Shown here piece by piece: positions 49,615 through 62,942 of a stretch of DNA of 64,000 nucleotides. The DNA comes from Chiloscyllium plagiosum (lineage: Eukaryota): the NCBI RefSeq assembly GCF_004010195.1, contig NC_057755.1:4866316-4930315 (forward strand). Direction: 5' to 3'. Every line of letters starts with the position of its first letter. Positions within the stretch are counted from its first letter, which is position 1. The notes under the pieces were generated by a model. The model was not told the DNA's origin. It searched no databases and worked only from the letters and a program-made list of their open reading frames with translations. The translations under genes were made by a program, and so were the position numbers.

Positions 49615-52360
49615 CTCACAGAACACAGAAAATTACAGCAGAGTTACAGGCCTCTCTGCCCTCGATGTTGCGCCGATCTGTGGAACCAACCTGAAACCCA
49701 ACTGTCCTACCCTATTACATTCTCATCCATATGCCTATTCAATGACCATTTAAATGCCCGTAAAGTTGGCGAGTCCACTACTGTTGCAAGGCAGTGCGTT
49801 TCACGCCCCCACTACTCTCTGTGTAAAGAAACTATCTCTGACATCTCTCCAGTATCTATCTCCCATCAGTATAAAGCCGTGTTCCATAGTGCGAGCCGAG
49901 GAAAAAGCCTCTCACAGTCTACCCTATCTAACCCTCTGATATTCTTATATGTCAATTAAGTCACCTCTCAGCATTCTTCTCTCTAACAAAAACAGCCGCC
50001 AGCTTCTCAATATTTCCTCATAATACCTTCCCTCCATAGCAGGCAATATTTTCGGAAAACTCCTCTGAACCCTTTCAAAAGTTTCCATAACCTTTCGATA
50101 TTGTGGTGACCAGAAATGTACGCAATACTCCAAGTGCAGCCGCACCAGAGTTTTGCACGGCTGCAGCATGACCTCGTGGTTCCAAAACTCAATCCCTCTC
50201 CCAATAAAAGCTAAAACACCGCATGGTTTCTTAACAGCCATACCAATCTGGCCAGCAACTTTCAGGGATCTTTATACATGGTTACCGAGATCTTTCTGCC
50301 CATCTATACTGCCAAGAATCTTACCTTTAGCACAATACTCTGGATGGATTTTTGCTCCTTCCAAAGAGAATCACCTCACACTTTTCTGCATTAAACTCCA
50401 TTTGCCACCTCTCAGCCCAGTTATGCAGCTTATCTATGTCCCTCTGTAACCTGCAACATCCTTCAGTACTGTCCACAACTCTAGCGACCTTATATGTTCC
50501 GCAAATTTACTAACCCATCCTTCTATGACCTCATCGAGGTCATTTATAAAAATGACAAACAGCAGTGACCACAGAACTGATTCGTAATTGAACTCCAGGA
50601 TGAACATTTCCCATCAACCACCACCCTCCGTCTTCCTTTAGCTGGTCAATTTCTGATCCAACCCGATAAATCACCCTCAATCTCATGCCTCTGTATTTTG
50701 TGCAATAGCCTGACAAAGGGAACCTTGGCAAAAGCTATATTGAAATCCATATTCACCACATCAACTGTTTTAACGCCATCCCCTGTTTGGTCATCATCTC
50801 AAAGGGCTGAATAAGGTTTGTGAGGCATGGCATAGTATTCACAAAACCATATTTTTCTACAGTTTACACACAACAGAAGTAAAGCTCCATGGTCTATAAT
50901 TACCAGGGTTGTCTCTCACAAGGGGATAGCATTTGCTATCTTTCAATCTTCCCCTACTCTTATGTAGACAATGATGACATAAAAAATGAAAGCTAAAAGC
51001 TATGAAATCTGACCCCCGCCCACCAGCTTCCCAGAGAATCTTAAGTGAAATTATATCTGACCCAGAGGAATTATTTATTTTCACACATTCCAGAATTGCT
51101 AGCACCTCCTCCTTATGAACCTCATTCGCATCTCGTCTAGTAGCCTGTATCTCAGCACTCTCCTCAACAACATTGCCCTTTAATTTAGTGTTTCTCTTAT
51201 CTTCTCTGATTCTACGTACGACATCCCACTACTCTCCTTGGTGGGACCCAAATCTTTCCGTAGTCATTATTTTATTCCTGATATACCTGTCGAAAGTTTT
51301 AGGGTTTTTCTTGATCCAATCTGCCAACGCCTTCTCATTTCTCCTCCTGTCTCTTAGCTCTCTTTTTCAGTATTTACTTGCTAAATTTAAACTCTCTAGC
51401 ACTCTAACTGAGCTTTCACGTCTCATCCTAACTTAAGCCTTCTTCTTCATCTTGACCACTTCATCCCTGCCTGACAGGTATATAATTATCAAAGGACACG
51501 AAGTTGCTGTTCCTTGACTAAGCCCAACATTTCAACTGTGCCCATCCGGTGCATTTCCTTCCCCATCCCCTGCATCACAAATCTTGCCTAGTCCCAACAT
51601 AATTTCCTTCCTCCAGCAATAACCCAGAAATACCTCGTCCTTTCCATCACTAATGTAAACATAACCGAATTGTGATCATAATAACCTCACACCAAATCGA
51701 ACCAGATTCTTCACTGGGTATCAAATTTGACCTCACTCTTGTTAGCTTGTCTAAACCATCCTGCACAGTTTGGACAAAAACTGACTCAACCAAAGTACTT
51801 GAGCTGTAGCATTTCCAGTCAATATTTGAAAAGTACAAGTCCCCTATCGCAACTACCCCGGTACTTTCGTTCCAATCCAGAATTATCATTGCTACCCTTT
51901 CCAACACATCTCTGGATCTATTCGGAGGTGAATAGAATACTCCCAAAAATGTGAACTCATCTTTCCTGTCTCTAACCTCAGCACATACTAGCTCAGTAGA
52001 CGAGTCCTCAAACATCTTTTCTGCCACTGCAACACTGTCCTTGACTGACAATGCCACACCTCTGCCTCTTTTACCATCTTCTCTGCTCTTACTGAAATGT
52101 CTAAATCTCGGAACCTGCAAAACCATTCATGTCTCTTCTCTAACCATGTCTCTGAAATGTCCACAACATCAAAGTCCCAGGTATTAACCCGTGCTACAAG
52201 TTCACCCAGCTCATTCGGGATGGTTCAGGTGCTGAAATAGACACCCTCCAGCCATCTTCCTGCTTGCCAGCGAACTTTTGCGACATTAAAATCTCATTTC
52301 TAACCTCATTACTCTCAACGTCCTGGGGACTGGAACTACAGTCTAGGTTCCCACCCCCCT
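49615..52360 (-). mobile_element. Older CR1 LINE, ORF2 (APE to 3' end), decayed
   Basis: GVFYSPPN, AIGDLYFSNIDW, LHLEYCVHFWSP; colinear with 43833-47200. Confidence 0.88.
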
Positions 52361-53474
52361 GACTCTTTCAAGGTGATCATCCACCTTCTACTCTAAACTG
52401 TCAGAAGTCACTCTGTTTTGATCTTCTTTTCACCAGTAGTCCAAAACGATGCAACTGCATCTAAAGCAGTGATTACTGCTCCTGGAATTCAAGAAAATCA
52501 CCCCACAAGAAATCAACTACTTCAAAAAAGGAGCAGTTTTTTCAGACACAATTTTTTTCGTTATCCATCTTGGGTTACCAAGAATCCTTTCAGCCTAGGG
52601 CCTGAGCTGACTCATCACAACCAATGTATTGAAAACGTGCAAAAATAAAGGAGTACTTGGTGATGGCTTTCTGACCTCTGTGCAAAAACAAAACCCTGGA
52701 GATTGTATCCGCAGACTGCCTGCCCTTTTTCCACATTTATGCTCAACCACCGGTGTCCTTGAAGATTGCACATGCCACGTTCTCTTGATGCCTGCAGAGA
52801 AAAATGACCACCACCGGGGTGGGGGTGTGGTTGTGGTGGAATGCTCGATTGTCCTCTCCAACTCCATCCTGACCTTCCGTTTTCACAATTTTTTTTTCTC
52901 AATTTGGCTTTGCACTTCCAGGACTTTGCTTTTTAATGTTTCACCCCCCCCCCCCCTCCCACCCAAATAGATTTTTATTTTCTGTGTTGGAAATACACAA
53001 TAATAGTCTTGATCAATGCTGACTGATGTACTGAGTCAATGGAAAAACAGAAACGCGGTTGCACGGGCGAAGCGGGGTAATGTAAATGCTACAGCTTTAA
53101 GGTAGCAGTTTAGGTTGTAAATTTAAAAAAAAGAAAAGAGAAAGTAAAAAAAAAGACAGGAGATTCTCCTTCCTCGAGTTTCTGACATTGAACCAGCTAG
53201 TCAGAGCCCATGTAGTATTCACGTGTAAATGAAAGGAAACGAGGCACCAGAATACTGTTCTCTGTGCAGTTATTTCAGGGTTAAAAATGTATTGCGTTTT
53301 AGAATTGATTAGAAATCTGATCTGGAATGAAAGAGAACGGTCACTTGTGTATTGACAGACTGAGTGTGTCAGTTGCCACAAGGGAGGAACCAAAATCCAC
53401 AACTATTTTAATTGGTTTGATGAGTACAAATTATCAGGTCAGCTTATTTCCTTTGTGCAATGATGCAGGCTTTG

Positions 53475-53910
53475 CAGCTTCTTCAGAATTTATTGCCCGT
53501 CCCCAGTTGCCTCTTGAGAAATTGATAGTGAGCTGCCTTCTTGGGTGACCCACAATGCCATTTGGGATGGAATTCTATGATTTTCCCCCATCAACACTGA
53601 AGGGACAGCGATAGGTTTCAACTCTGGATGCTGGGTGACTTGCAGGAGAAGTCGCACGGATTGATCTTCCCATTTATCTGCTGGTCTTGCCCTTTGAGAC
53701 GGAAGTGGTCGTGGACTTGGAAGGTAGCATGCAACGGTCTTTGGTGAATTTCTGCAGTGCATCTTGTAGATTGTACACACTGCTCCTATTTCATGTTGGT
53801 GACAAATGGAGGGGATGTTTGTGGGTGTGAAGCCATTCAAGCGGGAGCTACTTCGACCTACAGGGCATCAAGCTTCTTGAGTGCTGTTGGAGCTGTGCCC
53901 ATGTAGGCAA
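53475..53910 (-). mobile_element. Decayed LINE 3' end (CR1/L2-group)
   Basis: AVCTIYKMHCRNSPK motif; homolog of 62400-62886. Confidence 0.55.
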
Positions 53911-54759
53911 TTTGATTAAGCGGCATCAATTTCAGAGTGAGAAAAGGGGAAATTCCTTCCCTCAGAGGGTTACCAGCCTTCGGATCTCCTTGTCGCATCT
54001 CGTTTTAGGGAGCAGAACCCCCTATGTAAATTTAAGGCGAAAAGAGACAGATTTTTCATCAGTCATAGAGTCAAGCGCTGTGCGGAAAGTGCAGGAAAGT
54101 GGATGTGAGGAATGCGGACTGGGCATGATCGTATTGAATGGTGGAGTTGGCTTGAGGACGAACAGCCTCCTCCTGTTATTATTGATGAACAGCTAATGGT
54201 TTTATAGACCGTTTACACAATGTTCCACTCAGCCAGCAAATGTCACGCATCCTTTATTAGAGAGGAACGATTTAACACAGTCACTTGATATTCAGTTTCA
54301 TTTCAATCATTAAATGGTATTTTTCATAGCTGGTGGGGAGTCTGTCGCTATGTGTCCAATGTGCGTATCCACTGTGTAATGGAGATCTTCCACTTGTGCA
54401 CTTTTATTTTAACACATTTTGGCTGGGTCAGGATTCCCTTCACAGTGCGTTTCAGTGGTCAATAATTTTATTTATAATTAGTGTCAGTGCTCAATCTTTC
54501 TTTCAGTGTTGGTGCTCAGTCTCAATGTTCAGGGAGCCTTTCATGTATGATGAGGACCGTTGTGTGTAGTACTTCATGTGCCTGGAAATAAATTGGACAA
54601 AGTATTAATACAGTGTCACCATTGGAGATGGGTGATGATTTGGTTTATTTTATTGTAGTCACATGCACCTAAATACAACGAAAAGATTTGTTTGCGACCA
54701 GTAGAGGTACCGCAAAGTAAAGAAGGACAGGCTGCTCATAGGGTGCTGAGAGGAAATAA

Positions 54760-55420
54760 GGCCTGCAAGATTGGGTCTGCATAGGAGATGCGCAAAGCTA
54801 GATCGAACTTACTAAGATCAACATTATATGAAGTTGGAGAGATCTATTCAGCAATTTAATAATGCAAGGGAAGAAATTTTCTTTGAAATTGTTACCGCTT
54901 ATATTTAAGCTTCTGTATCTTCCGCCTGATGGAAGAGATAGAAAGAGATCATTACGGAGTGTGAGGAACTTTTGATGATGTTGGCAGCCTTTCCTTAGCA
55001 ACGAGAAGTGCAAATAGAGTCTCTGGCTTCCATAATTGTCTGGGCTGTACAAACAACTTTCTGTAGTTTCTTATGGTCCTGGGCAGAGAGGTGGCTATTC
55101 CAAGCATTTATGCATCTGGATAAACTGCGGCCTATGGTGCATCTGCAAAGGTTGGAGACGGTCTTTATGGCCAAGCCGAATTTCTGAAGATGCCTGCGGA
55201 TGATCAGCTGTTGTTTTGCCGTCTTGACCGTAGCATCTATGTGGGAGGTAGTTGGTTATGGTCAGTCATTGGAAAGTGATGCCTTCGACCCTCTCCACCT
55301 CAGCTCCATGGATGTAGATAGGGGCTCCTTCTCCTCATATCTTCCTGAGGTAAATGACCAGTTGGTTTGTTTTACAATACTGAAAGAGATCGTTATCATT
55401 GCACCACAAACCGCAACTAG
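54760..55420 (-). mobile_element. Rex1/Babar-like LINE 3' fragment
   Basis: LPSGGRYRSL...NFFPCIIKLLN resembles the Rex1 ORF C-terminus. Confidence 0.55.
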
Positions 55421-56048
55421 CATTGTATCACAGCTTAAAAATGCTAGGCACACCCAACGAAGAAGGTTCTGGAGAACTGACGGTCGGGTAGATTAAAAGA
55501 CTGATATTAGGGTAATGGTTTGCAACAAACGGACGAGTTGGTTATAGAAAGCACAGCTCGAGATTGAACGTGAATCACGGCAATCTGTTTTGAATATTAT
55601 GTATTATGGTTCTAGCTGCGATTAATATCGGTTAAATCAAATCCATGTTGAAAGCATTTTTGGAAGGTTTTCAGTTTAATCTTTGCATTTAGTTGCCTTG
55701 GTAGTTCGTCATGGAACATATTCACATGAGGCTTCCGCTGTCCTTTCAACACAAGATCATAAATCTATTCACAACGAAGTGCACAGGTAAAAATACATTC
55801 AAAATAGGAAAAGTTCTCAAATGGAGCACAAAAACAAATTCTCAGCCTTTTCAGCAGCATCGTCTTTGACAGATACTCAATCCCGTTGAAATATTATTCT
55901 AATTTCAACTCGTTAATTATAATGCAGAGCAGATTATTTCCCATTTGAGTGGCTGAGAGGTTCCTTTTCAATTCCTAGAAAATGGAAATCTTTTCATTTG
56001 ATGCAGCAAGGGAAATTCCACGAGCTGTTTCAAATTGGAAATTCTGTT

Positions 56049-56976
56049 TTATGATTGAGGATGCATTTTCAAAGAGATGTCAGACCTGTTGAATGATTTG
56101 CATATTTTAATAATTACGGTAAATGGATATTTAATCCATTGATAAACTCCTCTCTGAATTTAGTTTGCGCTAGAGCATAAATGCAGGTGTTGGTGCAGGA
56201 ATTCAGAAGCCAGAGCGTGAATCCAATTTCATGAAATACAAATATTCGATCATTAAACGCTTCATCTTCATAATTATATGTTACTTCCTGACAGTTGAAA
56301 GAGGGTATGACATGCATCATCCACAACAATATAAAATAAGCAGACAATGTGAAGAGCAAGATGATGGATTTTCTCTGGTTTACCAACTCTGGATCAGTAT
56401 TGTTCTGTCTATTTCCCTGGTTCTGAAGGCGACAGCGGATCCGGTTGGCTGTTCTCACATTCCTGACAGAGAGAGCATTGAGTGCCAAAATCAATACAAT
56501 TGGAAGCAATGGTGTAATTATTGCATTAATCCATACAATCATTTTCCAAAATAATGATGTATAATAGTCTGGTACTGCAATACAAAACCATGGCACATTG
56601 TCAATAACAAATAAAGGTATAAATGCAAAATACCATGTAATTGACTGCAAACAGATGACCGCACTCACGGTTATTATAACCGCTGCATTTTCCTCTTAGA
56701 GTCGGCAACAAATTGCTGCAAACTGATCAAATGTGAAGGCAATCGTGAACCAAACTAAACAGTCCAGGGCTGCAAATTGCAAAACAACTCTCAAAGGGCA
56801 CACAGGAGTGATGAATAAGAAATTAACTGGGAAATAAAGAATGTTAATTCGTTCAAGTAAGACATTAAGAATGACAAGAAGTATGTCTGCTGTAGACATT
56901 ACCAACAAATGGTGAGTAGTGCATTTGGAGAGTCCACAATTGCCTCAATTCAGGATCACAATTCCCACGGAGTTAA
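56049..56976 (-). pseudogene. GPR139-like GPCR pseudogene D (same subfamily as A/B/C, inverted)
   Basis: Acceptor TTTTCATCCAG|TTAAC; CGA>TGA stop at 56945-56947; DRF changed to DQF; stop and deletion near 56696; frameshift near the C-terminus. Confidence 0.9.
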
Positions 56977-57261
56977 CTGGATGAAAAATAAAGATACACC
57001 TTTTTATGACTAGAGTCAGAACAAAAACATCAACTGAACATGTACTAAATCACAACAAATGCCTCAGATTATACTCCTCAGTCAGTTGCACCACAGATGG
57101 TGTTAACTTGCAATGGAACAATTGATGCAAGCATAGAATGAAATAATGACTTGTGTTGGAAAAAATAGACAAACAGAATAAGTAAATAAATAATCGAGAA
57201 AAAATACCACATGGCGTGATATTTTCTAATGCAAGCATGTCAAGTTGATAGATTCAAAGAA

Positions 57262-57820
57262 ATGTTTAAAAGATTTTACACTCTTCCCAAACTGGTAATG
57301 AATAAAAAATCAAAATGCTAAGAGGAACAAGTTATTTTACATTAATAAACTCAATTAGCAACACAGTACATGAGCAGTCACAACAATATAAATTTTGTGA
57401 AGGGCAATTGGCATAGTTGATTATGAGGTTTAGGTAGTTTGAATGTGGTCACATGGTTTCTTACTTATGCTGGTCACAAAACTGAAGTGGCAGTTGGTCA
57501 GGGACGCTGCAATCAGATTGGGAAACGCAGGAGCAGATGAAAATCATGTTTAAAAGATTTTACACTCTTCCCAAACTGGTAATGAATAAAAAATCAAAAT
57601 GCTAAGAGGAACAAGTTATTTTACATTAATAAACTCAATTAGCAGAGCAGTCACAACAATATAAATTTTGTGAAGGGCAATTGGCATGGTTGATTATGAG
57701 GTTTAGGTAGTTTGAATGTAGTCACATGGTTTCTTACTTATGCTGGTCACAAAACTGAAGTGGCAGTTGGTCAGGGACGCTGCAACCAGATTGGGAAACG
57801 CAGGAGCAGATGAAAATCAT
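57262..57820. repeat. Tandem duplication, two copies of about 280 bp, in the intron of copy D
   Basis: ATGTTTAAAAGATTTTACAC...GATGAAAATCAT starting at 57262 and 57546; the second copy lacks 11 bp and has a few substitutions. Confidence 0.92.
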
Positions 57821-58029
57821 TATGCAACTCGGTAAATGCAGGACATTGTCAGAACACTAACACTATAATTGCAAGTTGTGATTGCAGTATGCTTCATTGG
57901 CAACACATCCAACCACTCCACCATCAACACTCAGTCGTAGCAGTGTGTCCTGCAGAAATTTACCAAAGCTTCCGAGACAGCACTTTACACGCCTATAAAT
58001 AAATGCACCTAAAACGGCAAGATTTAGAT

Positions 58030-58252
58030 TTCACCACCGGAAATGACATCACCACTGGACGTAACATCACCAACCCAAAGAAACCCTAACATATAAACAG
58101 AAAGAAGGAATCATGTACACTGCTTCGCCTGAAGTGCACTGAAGATGTTACCTAGTAGAGTGATAAAACGTCTGGAACTGAACCTCCCAGCTCAGCGATC
58201 AAAGCTACTTCCAGAACCTCAGCCTGAGCTATAAAATCTTCTCAAAACTCGC
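58030..58252 (+). mobile_element. Penelope-like 3' terminal repeat with decayed hammerhead
   Basis: Homolog of 23790-24000; gca-CTGAAGA-tgttacc...AAAACGTC-tgg at 58136-58175. Confidence 0.7.
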
Positions 58253-58676
58253 TATGTCAATTACATTGATGCCAACTGTAAGTTACAAGTGGGCTTGATC
58301 AATTACAGATGACAATTTCTTTTCCCCCAAAATGGCATTCGTATTCCAGAAGCGTTTTATGGCAATGGTTAAACGGCCACTATGAGACCAGTTGATACTG
58401 ACTTCACTCCAACAGTTCTTTATCTCCAGTCCTAGCATGTTCACTTCTTAAACTTGTGACTGCATTTCTTTTCTCATGTGTCCACTTCCCTCTATATCCA
58501 GAATAGTGGCTTGCCATTAAAGAGAGAGAGAGATGGGGGGAGGGAGGCTATGGTATTCTATCCTAAATTCCTTGGGCATAAGCACTTCTCAGTCCAATTC
58601 GATACAAAGAAGATGTCTAAATTTCACGTGTTCATAAAATGTGGAACTTGTCTCTGGCTTGGCTTAGTACTCCTTT

Positions 58677-59080
58677 TTATTTACGAAAAAATATCAATAA
58701 TGTGAGTGAGTATTTCAACATGCTTTTGAACTGGTCTCTGAACTTGGACTGTGTCACAGTATAATTAATTGTGTTTGTGCAACAATTTAATTCAGTCAGC
58801 ATAAGCGCAATTTGCAGGAAGATATTTCCAGAACCAGTATAATAGTTGAGATTTTTTCCTGCAATGTTCTCGTAGTTGACGAATGGAATAATTACTAACG
58901 ACAAAAGCATAAACTGCAGGATACAGAGAAAAGTATACTCATGAACCTCCTTCTCGCCATTTCTGGGTTATTTTGATGCTCACCTATGCTCTGATCCTTC
59001 AGTCCCTTGTGGACATGACTAGCCACTAAAATATGTCTGATTATTAGCGCGTTGAACAACAGAATGAAAACAAAAAAACT
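58677..59080 (-). pseudogene. GPR139-like GPCR pseudogene fragment E (TM5 to C-terminus)
   Basis: ILLFNALIIRHILVAS...NPEMARRR; frameshift; LNCCTNTINYTVTQSKFRDQF. Confidence 0.8.
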
Positions 59081-59496
59081 TAGTGTTTCAGGCCAACTCT
59101 CAGAGTTAAAGTCGGAGGCAGCATAGTTGCAGAGCTTTGGATTTATACGCCGTGGAATTGCGAAGGGCCCAGAATGGTTACAACATCGCAAATTCCAACT
59201 TCATGTTCAAAATTAACAACTAGATTGCAACGTCCAATTAAACCCAGTATATGGCAGAAAATATTGTATTCTGTGCTTGCAACGGATGCTGAAAATAATA
59301 GACTTATAGATTCACAGAGTGAGATCATGTATGTCATAGTCAATTATTTTCTGATTAACTGTTCTAGTTAATGTCCATAAACTCCTGCGAAGGATTTATT
59401 TTGATGGAGACGTATAGAGGGTTGCAAGCTAATAGCAATTACCGAGTAATTCTTTTTCTTGGTCAATTCCTTGGGATTATGCTACAATGGGGAATC

Positions 59497-60056
59497 CACA
59501 GGTTACAGCATAAATAAATATATTTCTGCAAAAACATAACATCTGCTGCATAAAACCAATAACAGTGAAGTGGTTCAGGATTGATTACATGAATAACGTA
59601 ACAGAAGAAATGTATAACAGTGATTAACCAGAGGAGGATGACCCTCCCAAGTATAGTGAAGAGCAAAAATCACATACCTCCTTCTGCTCTCCATGTCTGT
59701 GTCTCTGGGATTATCTTCTTTATTTTCATCCTTCAGCTTCGTCCGAACTCGATTTGTCACTAAAACATGTCTGTCAGAGCATTGACCAACAGAATTAAAG
59801 CGAACGCTGGTGAAGAGGTTAAAACCGGATCAGGCCAACCTATTGCCACACACCAAGTCGTAGTAAATCAGCTTGATTTTACTTCACAGTGGAATGGCAC
59901 ATTGTTCATGATCACCCGAGTTTCCTATTCAAAGTAGAAGGGGATGTTTTTCAGGAAGAGTGCAGTGCAGGTTGTTGATAGAACCACAGTCGTAGTTTTG
60001 TCAGTGTAACAATTTGTTCTCAGCTTCTGACAAATGGTCACAAATCGGTCAAAGGA
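59497..60056 (-). pseudogene. GPR139-like GPCR pseudogene fragment F (TM3 to TM7), close to copy G
   Basis: FDRFVTI.CQKLRT, LKNIPFYFE*, RDTDMESRRR, HFTVIGFM...IFIYAVT; stops and frameshifts; 5' part lost at a repeat insertion. Confidence 0.82.
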
Positions 60057-60186
60057 GGAGAAAGTGAGGACAGCAGATGCTGGAGAGCCAGAGTGGAAAA
60101 GGGTGGCGCTGGAAAAGCACAGCAGGTCAGGCAGTGTCCCAGGGCCAGCAGAGTCGAATTTCGACTACAACCACTGCATCAGGAAT
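60057..60186 (-). mobile_element. Penelope-type terminal repeat (same family as 31617-31746) at the 5' break of pseudogene F
   Basis: GGAGAAAGTGAGGACAGCAGATGCTGGAG...GCATCAGGAAT. Confidence 0.6.
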
Positions 60187-60209
60187 GTGGAGGGAAAAGT
60201 GGAATGAGA

Positions 60210-60537
60210 GATTAGGTTAGATTCCCTACAGTGTGGAAACAGGCCCTTCGACCCAACAAGTCCACACCGACCCTCCGAAGAGCAACCCACCCAGACCCAT
60301 TCCCCTATATTTACCCCTGACTAATGCACATAATACTATGAGCAATTTAGCATGGCCAATTCACCTGACCTGCACATCTTTGGATTGTAGGAGGAAACCG
60401 GAGCTCCCGGAGGAAACCCACGCAGACATGGAGAGAATGTGCAAACTCCACAAAGGCAGTCGCCCGAGGCTGGAATTGAACCTGGGACCCTTGTGCTGTG
60501 AGGCAGCAATGCTAACCACTGAGCCGCCGTGCCGCCC
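60210..60537 (-). mobile_element. HE1-like V-SINE
   Basis: Reverse complement has GGGCGGCACGGCGGCTCAGTGG (A box), GGTTCAATTCC (B box) and the V-domain. Confidence 0.9.
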
Positions 60538-60679
60538 AAATGGAAGTAAATGGAGGAGGCGGGGCTAGGGATAGGGTCGGTGGTAAGATTGGTGGATGCA
60601 GGTGCGGGGTAATTGTGAGAGATTTCTGGGGAGACTGGAGCAGATAGAACAGGTCAAGAGAGCAGTGCTGACTCAAAGA

Positions 60680-60975
60680 CAGTTGAGCTGGGCGTTGCCA
60701 TCAGCGTTAGTTCCTAAACTAGATGGATCAACTTGGCATTGCATATATTATAGAAAGAGCAATCTGTCTCGGTTTACGTAGTCAGAAGTCTTCATTTATC
60801 AGGCTACTGTTGTCTTATTCCTTTTGATTGAATATGGATGAGAGGCTGGGGCGTCCTTAAAATTAAACACGAAAGGAATATCTGCGTTTGTTACTGCAAA
60901 TAAACGGCGCCAATGTTGGGTTTAAACTATCTGCACTGATTATCAAACACTCATGATTCAAGGTGTAGCTGAGAT
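60680..60975 (+). mobile_element. Decayed Gypsy RT N-terminal fragment
   Basis: SWALPSALVPKLDGSTWHCIYYRKSN resembles the W.SP..LVPK.DGS.R.C.DYRK.N motif. Confidence 0.5.
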
Positions 60976-61119
60976 ATGGACCAATGCAATGCATTTAGAT
61001 TAGTTCATATAACGCATTAGTTATTTGATTTTTTACTGGGTATTCAACTACAGTAAACATCACTCCCACCTGTCATCCAGCGATATCATTACCGAGTATA
61101 AACTGTATTTACTGGAAAG

Positions 61120-61533
61120 TCTCAATAGGTTGTGTCTGTTTTTCCTGGAGCATTGGAGGAGAGGGGTGACCTTATAGAAGTTTATAAAAATCAAGAGATG
61201 CATGTTTAGGATGAACAGATAACGTCTTTGCTTTAGGTTTTGGCAGTCCAGAATTAGAGGTCTTCGGGTTAAGGTGAGAGTGGAAAGATTTAAAAGGGAT
61301 TTAAACTTTTTCACCCAATGGGTGATATGTGTGTGGAATAAGTTGCCAGAGGAAGTGGTGGAGTCTGGTACAATTGCAACATTTATATCTGGATGGGTAT
61401 ATGAATAGGAAGGGTTTAGAGGGATATTTGCCATATTCTGGCAAATGGGACTAGATTAAATTAAGATATCTGCTCAGCATGGATAAGTTGGTGTGAAGGG
61501 TCTGCTTTCGTGGTGTAAAACTCTACCACTCTG
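61120..61533 (+). mobile_element. CR1 3' end
   Basis: GDLIEVYK and VWNKLPEEVVE motifs; ACTCT-type tail. Confidence 0.8.
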
Positions 61534-62399
61534 TGCAATGCTGATGGAAGATGTCGTAAATCCAGTGAAGACAATACTTCCAGACTTGTGACAATTTCTG
61601 ACTGGATAGTACAACATTTCAACATGAAGGTATTGACGGGAACAGAGTTTGCTATGAATATCTAAGAGTTTGTGAGTAACGTTTCAGTCCACATCAGAGG
61701 GAGACCTATTTGTGCTTGTGTGTGTGTGTGTGTGTGCGTGTGTGTGTATATACACGTGTTTGTGGATGATGCTGTCAGTTTGGATGGTGCAGTGAGATTA
61801 TGAACTCCCTCTCCGCGTCACTGACTGAATCCATGAGGATTTTCACCTTGCATCACTCCCAACAGCACTAGTGAGGGGAGGCCATCAGAGGGTAGTCTTG
61901 TATCATTTTCAAAACATGAGAGGTTGGTTGCATCATTAGGACTCTGCACACATTGACAGGAAATGCCTGATGAGAATGCATTAGAGTAGCAGCCCATTGG
62001 ATTGGGAAGATTGATGCTGACAAATAGCAAGCCCAGCCATTTGTTAAGATTGGTCTTGTAATCACATAATCCAATTTTTCACGTCGAAGATGCTCATAGT
62101 AGCTGTTTGTGACATAAGTCTACACTCTGTTGAATTGTTACTGAGCAGTGAGACCAGATATTTAATCGTCAAACATTTTCTGATGAACGTTTCTATTTAA
62201 TTTCATCAAAACCCACCAAAGCATCTGATTTGTTGGAGACTTACAGAGGGTTCCAGGCTGACAGCCTTTATCCAGGAGTAAATTCCACTTCCCCAGACAA
62301 TTCCTTTGGAATGTGCTACAATGAGGAATTCGCAGGTCCCCAGTTCAACACTGACCCTGCACTGGTCCTGAGTACTCTATGTGAGGAGTGTGATAGAAT

Positions 62400-62886
62400 A
62401 TCCCCCATTTTCCCTTGTTGGGTCAAATCCAATAACACTCAAGAAGCTCTGCACCATCCAGGACAAAGCAGACCCTCTTGATTGATACCACAGCCACTAA
62501 CATCCCGTCCCTCTTCCAAGGATGCTCTGTAACAGCAGAATATACCATCTTCGTGGAATACTGTAAAACGTCACCAAAGACCCTGAGACATGACCTTGCG
62601 AGCCCACACCAATTCGATCTAGAAGGACAAGGGCAACAGATACAAGGGAACATCACTGCCTGCAACTTCCCCTGCAAATCTCTCACCATGCTGCCGTTTC
62701 TTCACTGTCGTTGGGTCAAGATTCAAAAATTCCCTCCCGCAGGGCGAGGAGAATCTATTTACAGCACATGGATTGCAGCAGTTCAAGATGACAGCTGACA
62801 ACTCCTTCATAGTGGCGTTATGTAGGCATGGGTATTGAATTTTGAGCGAAGCGGTGACGCACACATCCCGCAAGTGAGAATTAAAA
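62400..62886 (+). mobile_element. Decayed LINE 3' end (CR1/L2-group)
   Basis: LCTIQDKA..LI and TIFVEYCKTSPKTLR; ends in GAATTAAAAA. Confidence 0.55.
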
Positions 62887-62942
62887 ATGATATGTATCGT
62901 GTGGAAACCATAGATATCGACTGTGATCTTCACAAATGACTT

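Noticed and set aside
53140..53220. Possible Pol III RNA (B-box-like GGTTCAATGTC followed by a T-run on minus)
   Set aside because: No A box or convincing tRNA, vault or Y RNA fold seen.
61717..61748. (GT)n tract; also (GA)n near 3564, (CA)n near 3729 and poly-C near 16291 and 47236
   Set aside because: Ordinary simple repeats with no higher-order organisation.
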